Below, piece after piece: positions 1 to 11,026 of a stretch of 41,494 nt of DNA. The notes under the pieces were generated by a model. It made no database searches, was not told where the DNA came from, and saw only the letters and a list, made by a program, of their open reading frames with translations. How positions within the stretch are numbered: the first letter of the stretch is position 1; each line of letters starts with the position of its first letter. A program made the translations under genes and the position numbers. Location of the stretch: assembly GCA_964486045.1 (NCBI GenBank), contig CAZALK010000025.1, forward strand, positions 1-41,494, written 5' to 3'. The DNA is from an uncultured archaeon. Lineage in GTDB: Archaea > Asgardarchaeota > Lokiarchaeia > Sigyniarchaeales > SOKP01.

Positions 1-413
1 TGTAGTAGAGAATAAAATTAAAGATATTGATAGGAAAATTTATTATACAAAATTACTGCTGTACAAACCAAATTTAGAATAATTTTTAATTTTATTCCTA
101 AATTTGTAGTTTTTGTATATTACATGTTCATTAGTACTTTTTTCTATTTAGAATTGTTTTTTTCATTATTCAGAAGCATTATAAAATATTATTATTTTAT
201 ATATTTATCTTGAATAATTAACAATTTATTTATTAATCAAAGATTTTATATTTAAATCTTTTTGTTCAAAAATACTCCGGTCATATAAATAATTGTAAAG
301 AAAAATAAAGAAAAATGACTTTTTTGGTACTATACCTAAAGTTTTACACAAAAATTGATCTTTTTTTAATAATGAAAATTTTTAGATTAAAATCTTTTTA
401 CTAAAAATTGAAT

Positions 414-1268
414 CTAATCTGAACCTGATTTTTTATTGGATTTATCTTTTTTATCTTTTCTTGATTTTTTCTGTCTATCTTTTTTTTGATCAAGTTCGGG
501 TTTTTCGGTTTTTTCTTCTTCAGGAGTTTCTAGGTCATCTTCTACATCTTCAGTTTCTTCTTCTTTTGGTTCAGGTTCAGGAGGTTTAGGCTTACGTGAT
601 ATAACTACTTTGGTATATCTAATAACATCTTTACCATATTTCCAACCATCTTGGATTATTTCTAATATGCTATTCTCGGGGTCATCCTCTCTTTCAACCG
701 AAGTTAATGCTTCATGTTTACTATAATCAAAAAGATCGCTAATTTTAACTTCAATCGGTTCAGCTCCATAAGATTTGAATACGCTCATAAATTGGTTGCA
801 GAAGCCACTCATTATATTTTTTTCACTTTCATTATCACCATCGAGAGCTTTCTTAAAGGAATCATATAAAGACAAGAAATTTTTTAAGACAGAAGCAGTA
901 TACTGAGATTTTAAATCCTGTCTAGTTTTATTCCAGCGTTTTTGAGCATTTTCAAATTCGGCCGGGAAGTGCATGTATTTTTTTTAAAACTCATCGTTCT
1001 CTTCTCTTAATTTCTTCGCAGTCGTTTTAACTTCTGTCAGCTCATTCTCAATAGTTTTAACTTTTTCAAGGACCTCATCTTTAGAAAAATATTCTAATTC
1101 AAAATGTTCTTTTTCTTCTAATAGTTTGATTTCCTCACTTTCTACTTCATCAAGAGAATCATTTTGATCTTCAGTAGTTTCGTTCTGGATTGCTTCTTCT
1201 TTTTTGGTTGAGTTTTCAGTTGTATTATTAGATGTTTCTTTTATTTCATCGTTATTGTCTTCAGCCAT
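414..1268 (-). pseudogene. grpE: GrpE nucleotide exchange factor interrupted by one in-frame TAA (984-986)
   Basis: ORFs 984..1268 and 414..974 share a frame: ...ENDEF*KKYMHFPAEFENAQKR. GrpE motifs AEFENxxKR, FDYSKHEAL and QDGWKYGKDVIRYTKVVIS are present, plus an acidic/Lys-rich C-tail. Confidence 0.8.
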
Positions 1269-1445
1269 ATCAACTCCCTTGAAATAATGATCCGCAAATA
1301 TATGATTTAAAATTTGATCTAAAATTTATTTTTTATGATATTGAAGCTATTTTTAATTTCCCCACATTTTAAAATTATCTCTATTATTAATAAATTTTCA
1401 AACTCTCTTTATTTATATTTAGTAATCTCCTCCAATATTATAAAC

Positions 1446-1650
1446 ATGAGACTCACAGAACGGATTCAATTAAAGAAGACAAGACATCTATCCCGCTTAT
1501 GTCATCTAGCAAAAAACCTGTATATTCTTGCGAATTATTATATACGACAGGAATTTTTTTATTTAGGGAATTGGTTGCGTTATTACGATTTATGGTATAT
1601 GTTAAAAGAGAAAGAACCATATTAAAATCCTGCCTTCCCAAACAGCACAA
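1446..1650 (+). pseudogene. tnpB: N-terminal remnant of IS200/IS605 TnpB
   Basis: MRLTERIQLK...LCHLAKNLYILANYYIRQEFF...YDLWYMLKEKEPY, then after a frameshift KILPSQTAQ, which are typical TnpB N-terminal motifs. No RuvC portion follows. Confidence 0.75.
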
Positions 1651-1659
1651 CCGAATCAA

Positions 1660-1806
1660 GCTGCACACTTATTAGGCATTAATTGGATCGGTTATGAAAT
1701 CACCAAAAAATATAAAGTTGATATTGAAAAACGATTCAATTCAAATTTAACCTTAGCAGATTTAGGTTATGAAGAATATGAAGTAGGAGATATGATGTTA
1801 AAATAA
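1660..1806 (+). pseudogene. C-terminal fragment of an N6/N4 DNA methyltransferase
   Basis: Manual translation AAHLLGINWIGYEITKKYKVDIEKRF...* resembles the AAxxLGRxxIGxEIxxxY segment that follows the SAM-binding motif in beta-class MTases. Confidence 0.55.
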
Positions 1807-2012
1807 AATGAACCGATAAAAGAAAATGAGTGAAAAAGGAACGCTTTTATGTAGTGATTGTAAGAATAAATATAGTGATCTCGATGGGTTATTCTTTTGT
1901 ACGGAAGATGGAAATCCTGCAGACCAAAGTACTCTACAAGGATGTAGTTGGTTTGAACCACTCGAAATAAAGAAGAATAAAAAGTCAGAATAAAAAAGAA
2001 GTATTGGACAAT

Positions 2013-3233
2013 TTAAATATCCTTTTTTGTTATATCTTTAAGATATTGTTCAAGTTTAACCTTATCAATCATAGGAAAAAGGATTTTGGCCATTTCATTC
2101 AAAAGATTTACTTTATGTTCAATTTTATTGTTTTGTTTAATTAAGAAATTAATCTGCTCGTCTTTTTTAGCCATATCTTTCTTAAGGTTAAAAATCTCTT
2201 CATTAGTGGCGTCATAAATCTCGCAGTCTATACAAATTGATTTTTCCACTTCTAGCCATTTAGTATAAAAGTAATCTATCTTTCTTAGTTTTGTATTATA
2301 AGACTGGCTTAAGTCCTTTGCCTTATGCCCCATCAAGTGTTCCTTAAACCATTGTTTAACCTCCTCAACGTCTTCTAGTGAACTATTGAAATATTTTCTT
2401 ACACAGTGAGTTTTGATATTTTGAGTTATGCCCATTTCTTTTCCGATTGTTTTAATTCTGTCTAAGTAATCATATTGTTTAATTCTAGTGCCTTTTTTGG
2501 TTTGAAAAATCGTAGTTAAATCTAATTTTGTCAAATCACTCATATAAATTGATTGCATCAATGTAGTTAACTCTTTTGGGAAAAACATGAAATTAATAAT
2601 TATTTTCCATTTTTGAGAAACAAATCTCCTTACAAAATAATGATTCTTATATTTCTCAAGTTTGTATTTTCCATTTGTCAATTCTACTAACAAATCATCA
2701 ACCCTTAAACCTAATAAACTTTGACTTTTTAAGAGTAATCTATACTCTGCTCTGTGCATTTTAGCTATAAAAGGCTTTAAATCATTCCTTTCAAAAATCA
2801 TCTCGTCTTTGTTAATCCCTGCTGAATAAGATTCAATTCCTTCCGTTATAGGCGATCCCCTTGCAGAGTAAAACGATTTAATTCTTGATTGCCAATTATT
2901 AACGACAGAAACTTCATTTTTCCCTGCTTTTATCATTTCTGTAAGATAATTAACCAATCTTATATTTCTGTCATCAATGTGTTCTTCTAACAATTCTGTG
3001 GGGTTTTCACACTTATAAAAATTGCAATATTTTTTCAATTCATTCAAATAACCAGTAATTGAGAACTTTTTAGGATCTTTGCCTTTTTTACCGAATTTTC
3101 TAACTTTTGATTCAATCCATTTTTTCACTTCATCATTTTTAAAAACTGAATATTTCTTTTCCCATGCGTCAATTTTAACATCACCGTAAATCTCCCTTAA
3201 GTCTGTTTTATTTATGGTTTTTATTTTTTCCAT
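2013..3233 (-). CDS. Tyrosine recombinase/integrase with C-terminal coiled coil
   Basis: Catalytic motifs GLRVDDL (R), HCVRKYF (H-x-x-R), EHLMGH and SQSY (Tyr). Confidence 0.85.
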   Translation of the reverse strand: MEKIKTINKTDLREIYGDVKIDAWEKKYSVFKNDEVKKWIESKVRKFGKKGKDPKKFSITGYLNELKKYCNFYKCENPTELLEEHIDDRNIRLVNYLTEMIKAGKNEVSVVNNWQSRIKSFYSARGSPITEGIESYSAGINKDEMIFERNDLKPFIAKMHRAEYRLLLKSQSLLGLRVDDLLVELTNGKYKLEKYKNHYFVRRFVSQKWKIIINFMFFPKELTTLMQSIYMSDLTKLDLTTIFQTKKGTRIKQYDYLDRIKTIGKEMGITQNIKTHCVRKYFNSSLEDVEEVKQWFKEHLMGHKAKDLSQSYNTKLRKIDYFYTKWLEVEKSICIDCEIYDATNEEIFNLKKDMAKKDEQINFLIKQNNKIEHKVNLLNEMAKILFPMIDKVKLEQYLKDITKKDI

Positions 3234-3455
3234 TTTATTTAATCACTCTCTCTTTTGTTTTTTTATCAGATCGAAACCTTTAAATAGTCTGTTTAAAATG
3301 TTTTTTACTCTTAATAGAATCCGTTTCCGCAGTCTTGAGGTTTCTTTTCTGATCATACTATTAATAAATAAAATAGAATATTGAAATTTCAGCTTGTAAC
3401 CCAATAATTTTGTATAAAATGAATAAAATAATAAAAAAAGAGATGATTTAATAAA

Positions 3456-5186
3456 ATGAAGATAGGAAGACGAATGAGCTTTGGATTTACGGTCTTAATT
3501 ATATTATGTACGGTAATTGGTATTGTTGCAATTTTCCAAATTAATTCATTGACTGCATCTATAGATCAATTAACCAAAATAGATATGGAAACTACCGATA
3601 ATATCATGGAAGTAAAATACGATATTCAGACAATGGTATTGATTATCCATATGTATGAGGATGGCGAAACTGAGGGAGCGAGAACTGTTTTTGGTGATGC
3701 ATATAATGATGCAATAAGTCGGATTTCTACTCTTATAGGCTTGCAACCCTCTCATAAAGATGGTTTGGAAAATTTAGATGGACTTGTTGATCAAATTTTT
3801 AATTTAGGCAGTGCTTCGGGGGGAATATTTGATCGATTTGATTCTTATATTCTTAAACAAACAGAAATCCTCGCGGAGGATAACCTAATCGACTTAGACT
3901 TAGATAACCTAATAAGTTATCAGAATAAAAGCGCAATGATTTATAATGCGACTGCCGTTAAATACGATCTGGAACATCAGATCTTAATTACATTTCAATA
4001 TTTTTCAGCTGATAATGCTTCTGAAAGAACACTCCTAAGGTCAGAATTTAATACAGCAATAACTGAATTTGACTCTCATATAGATGCAGTGATAAATGAT
4101 GGGAACGCTACTTCTTTAGCAAGTAGTATTGAAACCTGGCATAATACTGATTTTTTAGTATTAATTACGGCTCCCGACACCGGATTATTTGATGCAGTAG
4201 ATGCATTACATTCTAACGATGAAAATCTTGAAGGAACATATGAACAAGTGGATATATATTTAGGAGAGGGGGAACAAGGCCTAGAAACTCTAATTAACGT
4301 TGTTATCACCCAACACATTGAGGCAGCTAGACTTACTGCTACCATTGCTTTTATTGTTAGTGTAACCATTATAATAATTGCTGTAGCAGCCGGTATAGCT
4401 GTAGCTGTGCCTACTGTAAGAGGCATTGTGAGGGTTACCAAAAACATGGAAAACGTGTTAGAAGCAGGATCTAATGCAAGTGTGAATGTATCGAATATGG
4501 CTACGGAATTATCAGCAAGCGCAAGTGAAGTTAATGCTGCTTCCGAAGAAATCGCTTCAACAACCCAAGAAGTTTCTCAAAATACGCAGAGTCAAGTTAA
4601 CTCCCTAGTAGAAATTAGCAGGATGGCAAAGGACATCAGTTCCTTCTCACATGAAGTTATGGGCTCAACTAAAGATATTAATAGGATAATGGATTTAATC
4701 ACAAATATATCTGATCAAACGAATTTACTAGCACTAAATGCTAGCATAGAAGCAGGTAGGGCTGGTGAGCATGGTCGAGGTTTTGCTGTTGTAGCTGATG
4801 AGGTTAGGAAACTTGCTGAGCAATCACAAACCGCAGTTATTGAAACAGCTAACAAAATAGAACAAATCACTGCTAAAATTGAAAAAACTGTTGAGTTAAT
4901 CGGAACTATAACTGTGGATATTGAAGCTGCAACCTCAGCGGGTGAAGAAAATTCTCGAGCAATAGAAGGCATTAGTGCCTCTGCTGAGCAACAAACTGCT
5001 TCAATGGAAGAAGTCACTTCGACAGCAAACAAATTAGGATCAGTCGCAGAGGGATTAAAAGAGGAATTGGCTAAAACAAATGGCAATGGGCGAGTTCGTA
5101 GTGAGAAATCGAAAGAAAAAAAGGCTTTAAAAAACTCGTTGGTTTCTTTAAAAAGCATTGGACGAAAAAAAAATATTGAGGAATAA
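3456..5186 (+). CDS. Methyl-accepting chemotaxis-like membrane receptor
   Basis: Two TM helices flank a helical sensor domain; MCP signalling hairpin [35 protein letters not shown]. Confidence 0.92.
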   Translation: MKIGRRMSFGFTVLIILCTVIGIVAIFQINSLTASIDQLTKIDMETTDNIMEVKYDIQTMVLIIHMYEDGETEGARTVFGDAYNDAISRISTLIGLQPSHKDGLENLDGLVDQIFNLGSASGGIFDRFDSYILKQTEILAEDNLIDLDLDNLISYQNKSAMIYNATAVKYDLEHQILITFQYFSADNASERTLLRSEFNTAITEFDSHIDAVINDGNATSLASSIETWHNTDFLVLITAPDTGLFDAVDALHSNDENLEGTYEQVDIYLGEGEQGLETLINVVITQHIEAARLTATIAFIVSVTIIIIAVAAGIAVAVPTVRGIVRVTKNMENVLEAGSNASVNVSNMATELSASASEVNAASEEIASTTQEVSQNTQSQVNSLVEISRMAKDISSFSHEVMGSTKDINRIMDLITNISDQTNLLALNASIEAGRAGEHGRGFAVVADEVRKLAEQSQTAVIETANKIEQITAKIEKTVELIGTITVDIEAATSAGEENSRAIEGISASAEQQTASMEEVTSTANKLGSVAEGLKEELAKTNGNGRVRSEKSKEKKALKNSLVSLKSIGRKKNIEE

Positions 5187-5442
5187 AGATACGCATATTC
5201 AAGAAAATTTCATAAAAATGTGGAAAAATAATATAATTTAAATTGTGGATTAAGTTTCACACATTTTTTTCATTAATTCAATTAAAAAAATTTTCAAAAT
5301 AAGTATTTCTGAGAAAAAAAAGAAAAGGTGATTTTTATATAAGAAAAATAATGATTCATATAGTAATTCTTTATCAAAATTTCAATAAATGGTATAATAT
5401 CTAAGTTATTGTAAGCAAATCCTAAAACGCCTTAAAACAATG

Positions 5443-5471
5443 GGGGTTTATCTAATTTATAGATAAACCCC
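5443..5471. repeat. Perfect 12-bp inverted repeat (GGGGTTTATCTA-5 nt-TAGATAAACCCC)
   Basis: Read directly from the intergenic sequence. Confidence 0.8.
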
Positions 5472-5619
5472 TAAAATTAAGATATAAATAAGTTAAAAAT
5501 AATTTTGTACAATAGGATGACGGATGTCATAAAAACTATAAGATTAAATTAAAATAAACTAAAAAATTTGTTAAATTTTTCATAAATTTTATAAAAAAAG
5601 AAAGGAGGATTAAGAATAA

Positions 5620-5898
5620 ATGAGAAGAAAAAGCCAGGTTGAAGATCTCTTAAATTTGGAATTAATTCTTAACAAAAAAATTAAAACCATAAGAGATATT
5701 CTGGATTCTCTAGTTCAAATCTTTATTTTGCTAGATCCTTTATTGAATAAAATGCTATTGATGGAGGAAGCAGAAATATTTTACAAAAATGGAACTTTTA
5801 AAAAAGCGATACAACTTTTCGGCGATATATCACTCCAATGCAAAGAATTAGGGTATCCTTCAATACCACCTGAAGTATTAAAAAATCTAAAAAATTAG
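5620..5898 (+). CDS. Small hypothetical helical protein
   Basis: 92-aa ORF with an upstream AGGAGG; no recognised motif. Confidence 0.65.
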   Translation: MRRKSQVEDLLNLELILNKKIKTIRDILDSLVQIFILLDPLLNKMLLMEEAEIFYKNGTFKKAIQLFGDISLQCKELGYPSIPPEVLKNLKN

Positions 5899-5913
5899 AA
5901 AATTTGGTCTTAT

Positions 5914-6093
5914 TCACCTAAATATGGGAGAGAAAAACAAAAAGGACAAAATGGGTGTAGCTTCTGAATTTGATTTTTTTAGTGCAATGAGAAAGGGGAA
6001 TTTCTCTTCAATCTTCAAGCGCAATTTTTTGAATTGTGGATATTTAATGAATCTATCTGGAAATTCATGAATCTCATTATGTTGTTCATCCAT
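5914..6093 (-). CDS. Small hypothetical protein or gene remnant
   Basis: Protein-like composition from the internal Met (MDEQHNEIHEFPDRF...). Confidence 0.3.
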   Translation of the reverse strand: MDEQHNEIHEFPDRFIKYPQFKKLRLKIEEKFPFLIALKKSNSEATPILSFLFFSPIFR

Positions 6094-6968
6094 AATATAC
6101 TTACTTATAGAGATATAAAAACCAATGTATAAAAAAATCAAGATAAATTGAACAATTACCTGAAACTGTTGAATTTGATTTGATGATCGTGAAATCCCGA
6201 TTTCATGAAATTAAAAAATAAAAGATCGGATGCATTGGTTCAAATTTAAATATAATATTTAATATACTGCAAAAATTAGCAATAAAAACTGGAACCTTAA
6301 ATGATAAAATTATTTATACATCAAAACAAAAAAGATTAGGTTAAACTCACTTTTCAGTCTTAAACAAATCTAAGACTTTGTGTAGACTTTCTAGTAGAAA
6401 ATCATTTATAATATTGCAGTCAAAAAATGAATAGGGAGAGAATAGGGCTGAAGTCCTATTTTATCTACAACTTACCACAAATTAAATTCAAATTGATGTT
6501 TTAAAAATGGCATAGGCTGGTAATATAGTGGGAAAATCCGTATTTTCTTCCCAAGAAGAGAAGGGAAAAGAAATTTGAGCCTAAATTAAATAATCAGGGA
6601 GAGATTAAACTCTATAGAGTTTAATAGAGGGCGAAATCCAATGATAGCCCAAATTATCTTTAAATTAATTTCCCTTCCCTATTTTCTATAGATATATACA
6701 AATATTAAAAAACTTGCTTTTTTGTGGCATTTCTTAATAAAATATGATTATATCTTTCTTGGTATTAGATTCAGAAGTAAATATGTTAAAGACAGTGAAC
6801 GAAATTAGTGAGGGATAATTCAACAAAACATCATTGATACTATTATTTGAAATAAAGTAAGGGTAGTTTAACTCATTTTAATAGTCTGATAAAGACTTGT
6901 GGTTTAAATACATAAAGATCAAAACAAATTTCAAGCAAGCTGAGTTTTAGTTTTTTAATTTTTATTTT

Positions 6969-7437
6969 TTGAATAATTTTTTAGAGTTTTTGAAGTTGGA
7001 TCAAAAAAATGAATGTTTTTGGTGTGATGAATTAATCAAAAACAAAGAAAAGTTTGTTACCTTAAAGTTCATGGGCAAAGCAAGTCCGTTAGAGCTTTAT
7101 TTTCACCTTTCCCATTATACCACATTTGTCTTTTGGTTGGAAGAAAAAACTCAATTTGAGAAAGACTCTAGATTTAAGGAGTTTTTGAAATTATCATGCT
7201 GGGGAACGTTATGAAGAGGGGCAGGTCACAAAAGAACAAGGTTTAGATAGTGAATTCAGGAAGGATTGTTTTACCCTATTTAATGTGTTAGTCTATAACA
7301 CAATTGAAAAAACATTGGCTGACGAGGAAATTTGTCCGGTTACTAAAGAATTGGTATCAATTTTGATCTGTTATGAGTGTCCAATCTCTGAATGCCCTAA
7401 AGAAGAATATTGTTTTCCAATTAAATTACTTGAGTAA
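6969..7437 (+). pseudogene. Frameshifted Cys-rich (Zn-binding-like) hypothetical gene
   Basis: The 81-aa ORF (CFWC...FH) continues in another frame after ~7190 as YHAGERYEEG...ICPVT...CYECPISECPKEEYCFPIKLLE*. Confidence 0.45.
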
Positions 7438-7750
7438 GTAAGGTTATTCTATTACTTTTCGACCACCGGACCAAAAAATTAAGGAATTTATAACAGATAA
7501 ACAGTTTGAATTTTTAGAATTGTTTTTCAACGGTTATGAATATTAAAGACTTTTTCTTAATCCTGATTTAATGTTTAATGATAATCAACTATTGACCAAT
7601 CGAAAGAAATAAGCTTCATTTAAAATATTAAAGGAAAAATTAGAACAAAAGAGAGGTAATTCTCCATCGCTAGGTTCAATAAATAGTTTTGTCCAAAAAT
7701 TAAGAAAAATTCAATTCTAGATAAATATCCAAATCCTAAAGAAAAAAAAA

Positions 7751-9529
7751 CTTAATTGTTGATCTACACTCACCCGACAAAATCAATACGGCTGCGTCTT
7801 CATGCTAGAAAGATTTATCTTCGTTAAATCCTTATTATTATTAATGCCAGCAAAACCTTCTGATATCCAAAAAAGCACGATTTACACGTATTGGGAATCT
7901 CAGGATGGATTTATTTGTCCCTTGTGTTCTTCGCCGCTCAAACATGAATTTAATAATGGAGGAAGGAGAGTCGTAACATTAAAAGGTAATTTATGGGTTG
8001 TAACGAATTATTACAGCTGTACTAACTCCGAATGTGAGATGCAAGAAGCTTTTCCTGCAGCTTATCATTCTGCCATGCGTAGGAAGCGATTTTCGTTGGA
8101 AGTATGGGCTAAAATCATTCAACACCATTTCAAGTATCATCTTAATTATTCGACTATAGTAGGGCTGATGTGGGACGATTGGGAAGTCTCGATTTCTAGA
8201 AGCACGGTAGCAAGCATTTGTCAGTTCTTTGAGATGGCCGGTAAGCAATACACGGATGAGAAAGTATTGGAAGAAATTAGTTTGAACGGTAGGATCGTGC
8301 TTTCGCTCGATGGAGCACAACCAGTCAAGAAAGAACCGTCACTTTGGGTATTTTCAGATCGTCTCACGGGGAACGTCCTTCTTGCTAAAAACTTGGATAG
8401 CGCTTCAGCAAACGTGTTAGAAAAGCTTTTTGAAGAAATTGAAAGCCTCTATGGGGTTCCTATTGTCGCAGTAATATCGGATAAGCAAAAAAACATCGTA
8501 AATGCCGTTAAGCGTTTTAATTCTGATATTTCTCACGCCTATTGTCAATTTCACTTCCTAAACCATGTGGTAGAACCGATTGCTGCGAAGGATTCTTTCT
8601 TGAAGAAAACGCTTCGAAAGGCCGTAGCTAAACGTTCAATTATCCAAAATAGAACGCAAGCCGAGACTAATCCCTTATACAGGCTATTTGAGCCGATCAG
8701 TGAAGAGTTACGATGTGCAACAGCCACAAGAGGTGATCGATTTAACGTGTTTCCGGGACTTGAAGCCTACAAGAATTTAGAATACGTGCTAACTCAATTA
8801 GAACGCTTCGAAGGCTTATCCTTGCCTATAAAACCAGCTAATACGTTAAATTTTCTTCTCGAATTTCTACGGACGTGTCTCGAATCTAATCGTTCATTAG
8901 CGGAAGAAATAGCGACTTTAATTCCTGAATTTCAGCATGTTCGCGTCATATTGTCCAAAAGAAAGAGGAAGTCTCCCCAAATTCGAAGAGAATTGATCAA
9001 GTGGAAATATAAGCTCCAAAGTCGATTGAAGCGGAGGGGATTAGAATATGATCCATTAAAACTCAAATGGAAACAGGCTTCATATGGCATGAATTGCGGG
9101 GAAACGTGGCAGCAATGGATCCGATTGGTCAATTCTTACCAAGACGGATTATTGGTTGCCTATGAGATGGAAGAATTGGATTTCACGAACAATGCGATGG
9201 AGCAATTATTTCACCGAAGCAAACACCATTTTAAGGCCTTATTAGGACGGGATAATGTTTCAAGAGCGTTTCTAAATCATGGAGCACTGCACGTACAGCT
9301 TTTAGATGTTGACTTTTCCAAGGAAAGCGTGTCAGACGTGTTATTAGCATGCGAAACACCTCTCATTGAAGCGAATAAACGAGAATTTAATGCTCAATAT
9401 GCAACCGTCAAGCGAACGTGGAGAATCAGGGATGTTGACACCGGAAACATCGCACGTTTTGAAGATAATCTAATGCAATTAGAGGGCACCTAAATGATTT
9501 TGTCGAGTGAGTGGGCTTTATCAATTAAG
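7751..9529 (+). mobile_element. Complete insertion sequence (IS256/Mutator-like DDE)
   Basis: Imperfect 35-bp TIRs: CTTAATTG-N8-CACTCACCCGACAAAATCA (7751-7785) versus the reverse complement at 9495-9529, with the inner 19 bp having 1 mismatch. Flanked by A9 and A8 runs (8-bp target duplication). Visibly more GC-rich than its flanks. Confidence 0.9.
7802..9493 (+). CDS. DDE transposase with N-terminal Zn finger (likely start 7844)
   Basis: CPLC...CTNSEC Zn finger; SLDG (D1), ISDKQ (D2), YCQFH (C-x-x-H of the IS256/MULE superfamily), TNNAMEQ (E). Confidence 0.9.
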   Translation: MLERFIFVKSLLLLMPAKPSDIQKSTIYTYWESQDGFICPLCSSPLKHEFNNGGRRVVTLKGNLWVVTNYYSCTNSECEMQEAFPAAYHSAMRRKRFSLEVWAKIIQHHFKYHLNYSTIVGLMWDDWEVSISRSTVASICQFFEMAGKQYTDEKVLEEISLNGRIVLSLDGAQPVKKEPSLWVFSDRLTGNVLLAKNLDSASANVLEKLFEEIESLYGVPIVAVISDKQKNIVNAVKRFNSDISHAYCQFHFLNHVVEPIAAKDSFLKKTLRKAVAKRSIIQNRTQAETNPLYRLFEPISEELRCATATRGDRFNVFPGLEAYKNLEYVLTQLERFEGLSLPIKPANTLNFLLEFLRTCLESNRSLAEEIATLIPEFQHVRVILSKRKRKSPQIRRELIKWKYKLQSRLKRRGLEYDPLKLKWKQASYGMNCGETWQQWIRLVNSYQDGLLVAYEMEELDFTNNAMEQLFHRSKHHFKALLGRDNVSRAFLNHGALHVQLLDVDFSKESVSDVLLACETPLIEANKREFNAQYATVKRTWRIRDVDTGNIARFEDNLMQLEGT

Positions 9530-9674
9530 AAAAAAAAGAGAAACGATTGAGAACAGAAATTATTGGAATTGACAAAAATGTTATATACTAAATTGTATTC
9601 TATAAGAATAACGAAATCTAAGATAAACTAAAAAAAATATTATTATAAATATTTAATATTTTGGGGTAAATCAC

Positions 9675-10268
9675 ATGACAAAAGAAGAATTAAATCAATT
9701 TATGGAAAGTTTAGAAACCCTAAAGCAAATCTCAAGCCCAGATGAAGGATATCGTAAAATTGCTGATCTTATAATAAAATATCGCAGTGATTTTTGTGAA
9801 TTACTAAAGAAACGTATAAGAGATACTATTGATTATCTATGTAAGTATGTTGATACAAAAGAGATGGATTTCTGTGATGACGAAATTAATAAGATTATTT
9901 CAACCTTGTGTAAATATTATGAACTCTATAGGAAGTACTGTTGTTTCCCTTGTTGTAGTCCAAAAATTCCCGAATGGGATTTAATAGTTATGAATCTAAA
10001 TGTAATCAACCAAAACTTAAATCTAGAAACACTAGCTCCAAGTCTTAATCTGGAAATTCCTGAAATTGATCCTGGACCCATAATCCCTATCTTTCCATCA
10101 AAAATCTGCGAAGAACTAAAAAATACTTTAAATCAACTCGTATATATCATATGCAAATATCGTGAGCAAAATTTATGTGCTGATAATGAACTCACAAGAA
10201 GTATTACCAAACTCTGTAAGGTATATCCGTACTTTCGAGGACAATGTTGCGATAAGGAATTAAAATGA
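9675..10268 (+). CDS. Cys-rich protein with two copies of a ~50-aa repeat
   Basis: FCELLK...YLCKY...FC.DEI...STLCKYY...KYCC aligns with ICEELK...IICKY...LC.DNEL...TKLCKVY...GQCC. Confidence 0.75.
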   Translation: MTKEELNQFMESLETLKQISSPDEGYRKIADLIIKYRSDFCELLKKRIRDTIDYLCKYVDTKEMDFCDDEINKIISTLCKYYELYRKYCCFPCCSPKIPEWDLIVMNLNVINQNLNLETLAPSLNLEIPEIDPGPIIPIFPSKICEELKNTLNQLVYIICKYREQNLCADNELTRSITKLCKVYPYFRGQCCDKELK

Positions 10269-11026
10269 TTAAACTCAATCTAATTTAATCAAAACCAATA
10301 CCTTTTTTTTAGTCTAACTTAAAGAAAAAAAATCTTCAAGCGGAAAAACATTTTTGGAGTTTCTATTAATAAGAAATATTATAGAGTTTATTCAATTAAG
10401 CTTTCAAAGTGTTCAATTTCTTTTAAGATTGATTTCATTTCTTGTTCGAAAACAGGAACAGGGATCATTTCATATTTACTTGAGATTAAAATTACTTCCA
10501 TGAGCTTTTCCTCAAATTCTATGATTTTAGTTTTAATAGCTTTATTAACATGTTTTATTCCATAGGTATTCTTGTACTAAAGGTACAAGATCTTGTGGCA
10601 ACTGTTCAATAGTGAGTTCATTTGATATCTATAAGGTTTTTATTTTAACACATAATAGATGAGAACATGTTTGACCTAGGTTTTTTCTACCTTACGAATT
10701 TACCAATAAGTGGTGTAAACATGGTATTTTAAATTTTTTCAAAGATCCTTGTTCTTGGATTTTCTGAAATCTGCAAATAATAATCATTGAATATTCTTCT
10801 GGTGGATCTCTTTTTATCAATATTTCTCTTTTACACGTAAATAATGTTCCACATGTCAAACAGTAATACCACCAAAGTTTTTAGTCGTTTTCTGAAATCT
10901 AAAGTTTGTGTAGATTTTTTATTAAAAATGGCATTTAACAGAGAATATCCCCAGACAAATCATTAATTAATTAAAAAAAAGAATTATTAAATTTTTAAAT
11001 TATCTCATAATTAGATGTAGTTTCGT

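Noticed and set aside
3570-5158. Antisense ORFs over the MCP gene (likewise over the transposase, SMC, cysK, ABC and acr3 genes)
   Set aside because: Shadow ORFs opposite well-supported genes.
6340-6950. 22-bp perfect palindrome (6604-6625) and AATAGGG/CCCTATT pairings suggesting an ncRNA
   Set aside because: No RNase P or SRP motifs. The minus strand reads as a protein-like frame with scattered stops, so a decayed gene is more likely.
10390-10950. CLTC-containing minus-strand fragments as an IS1-like element
   Set aside because: Heavily interrupted, with no TIRs or DDE motif; only an unassignable gene remnant.
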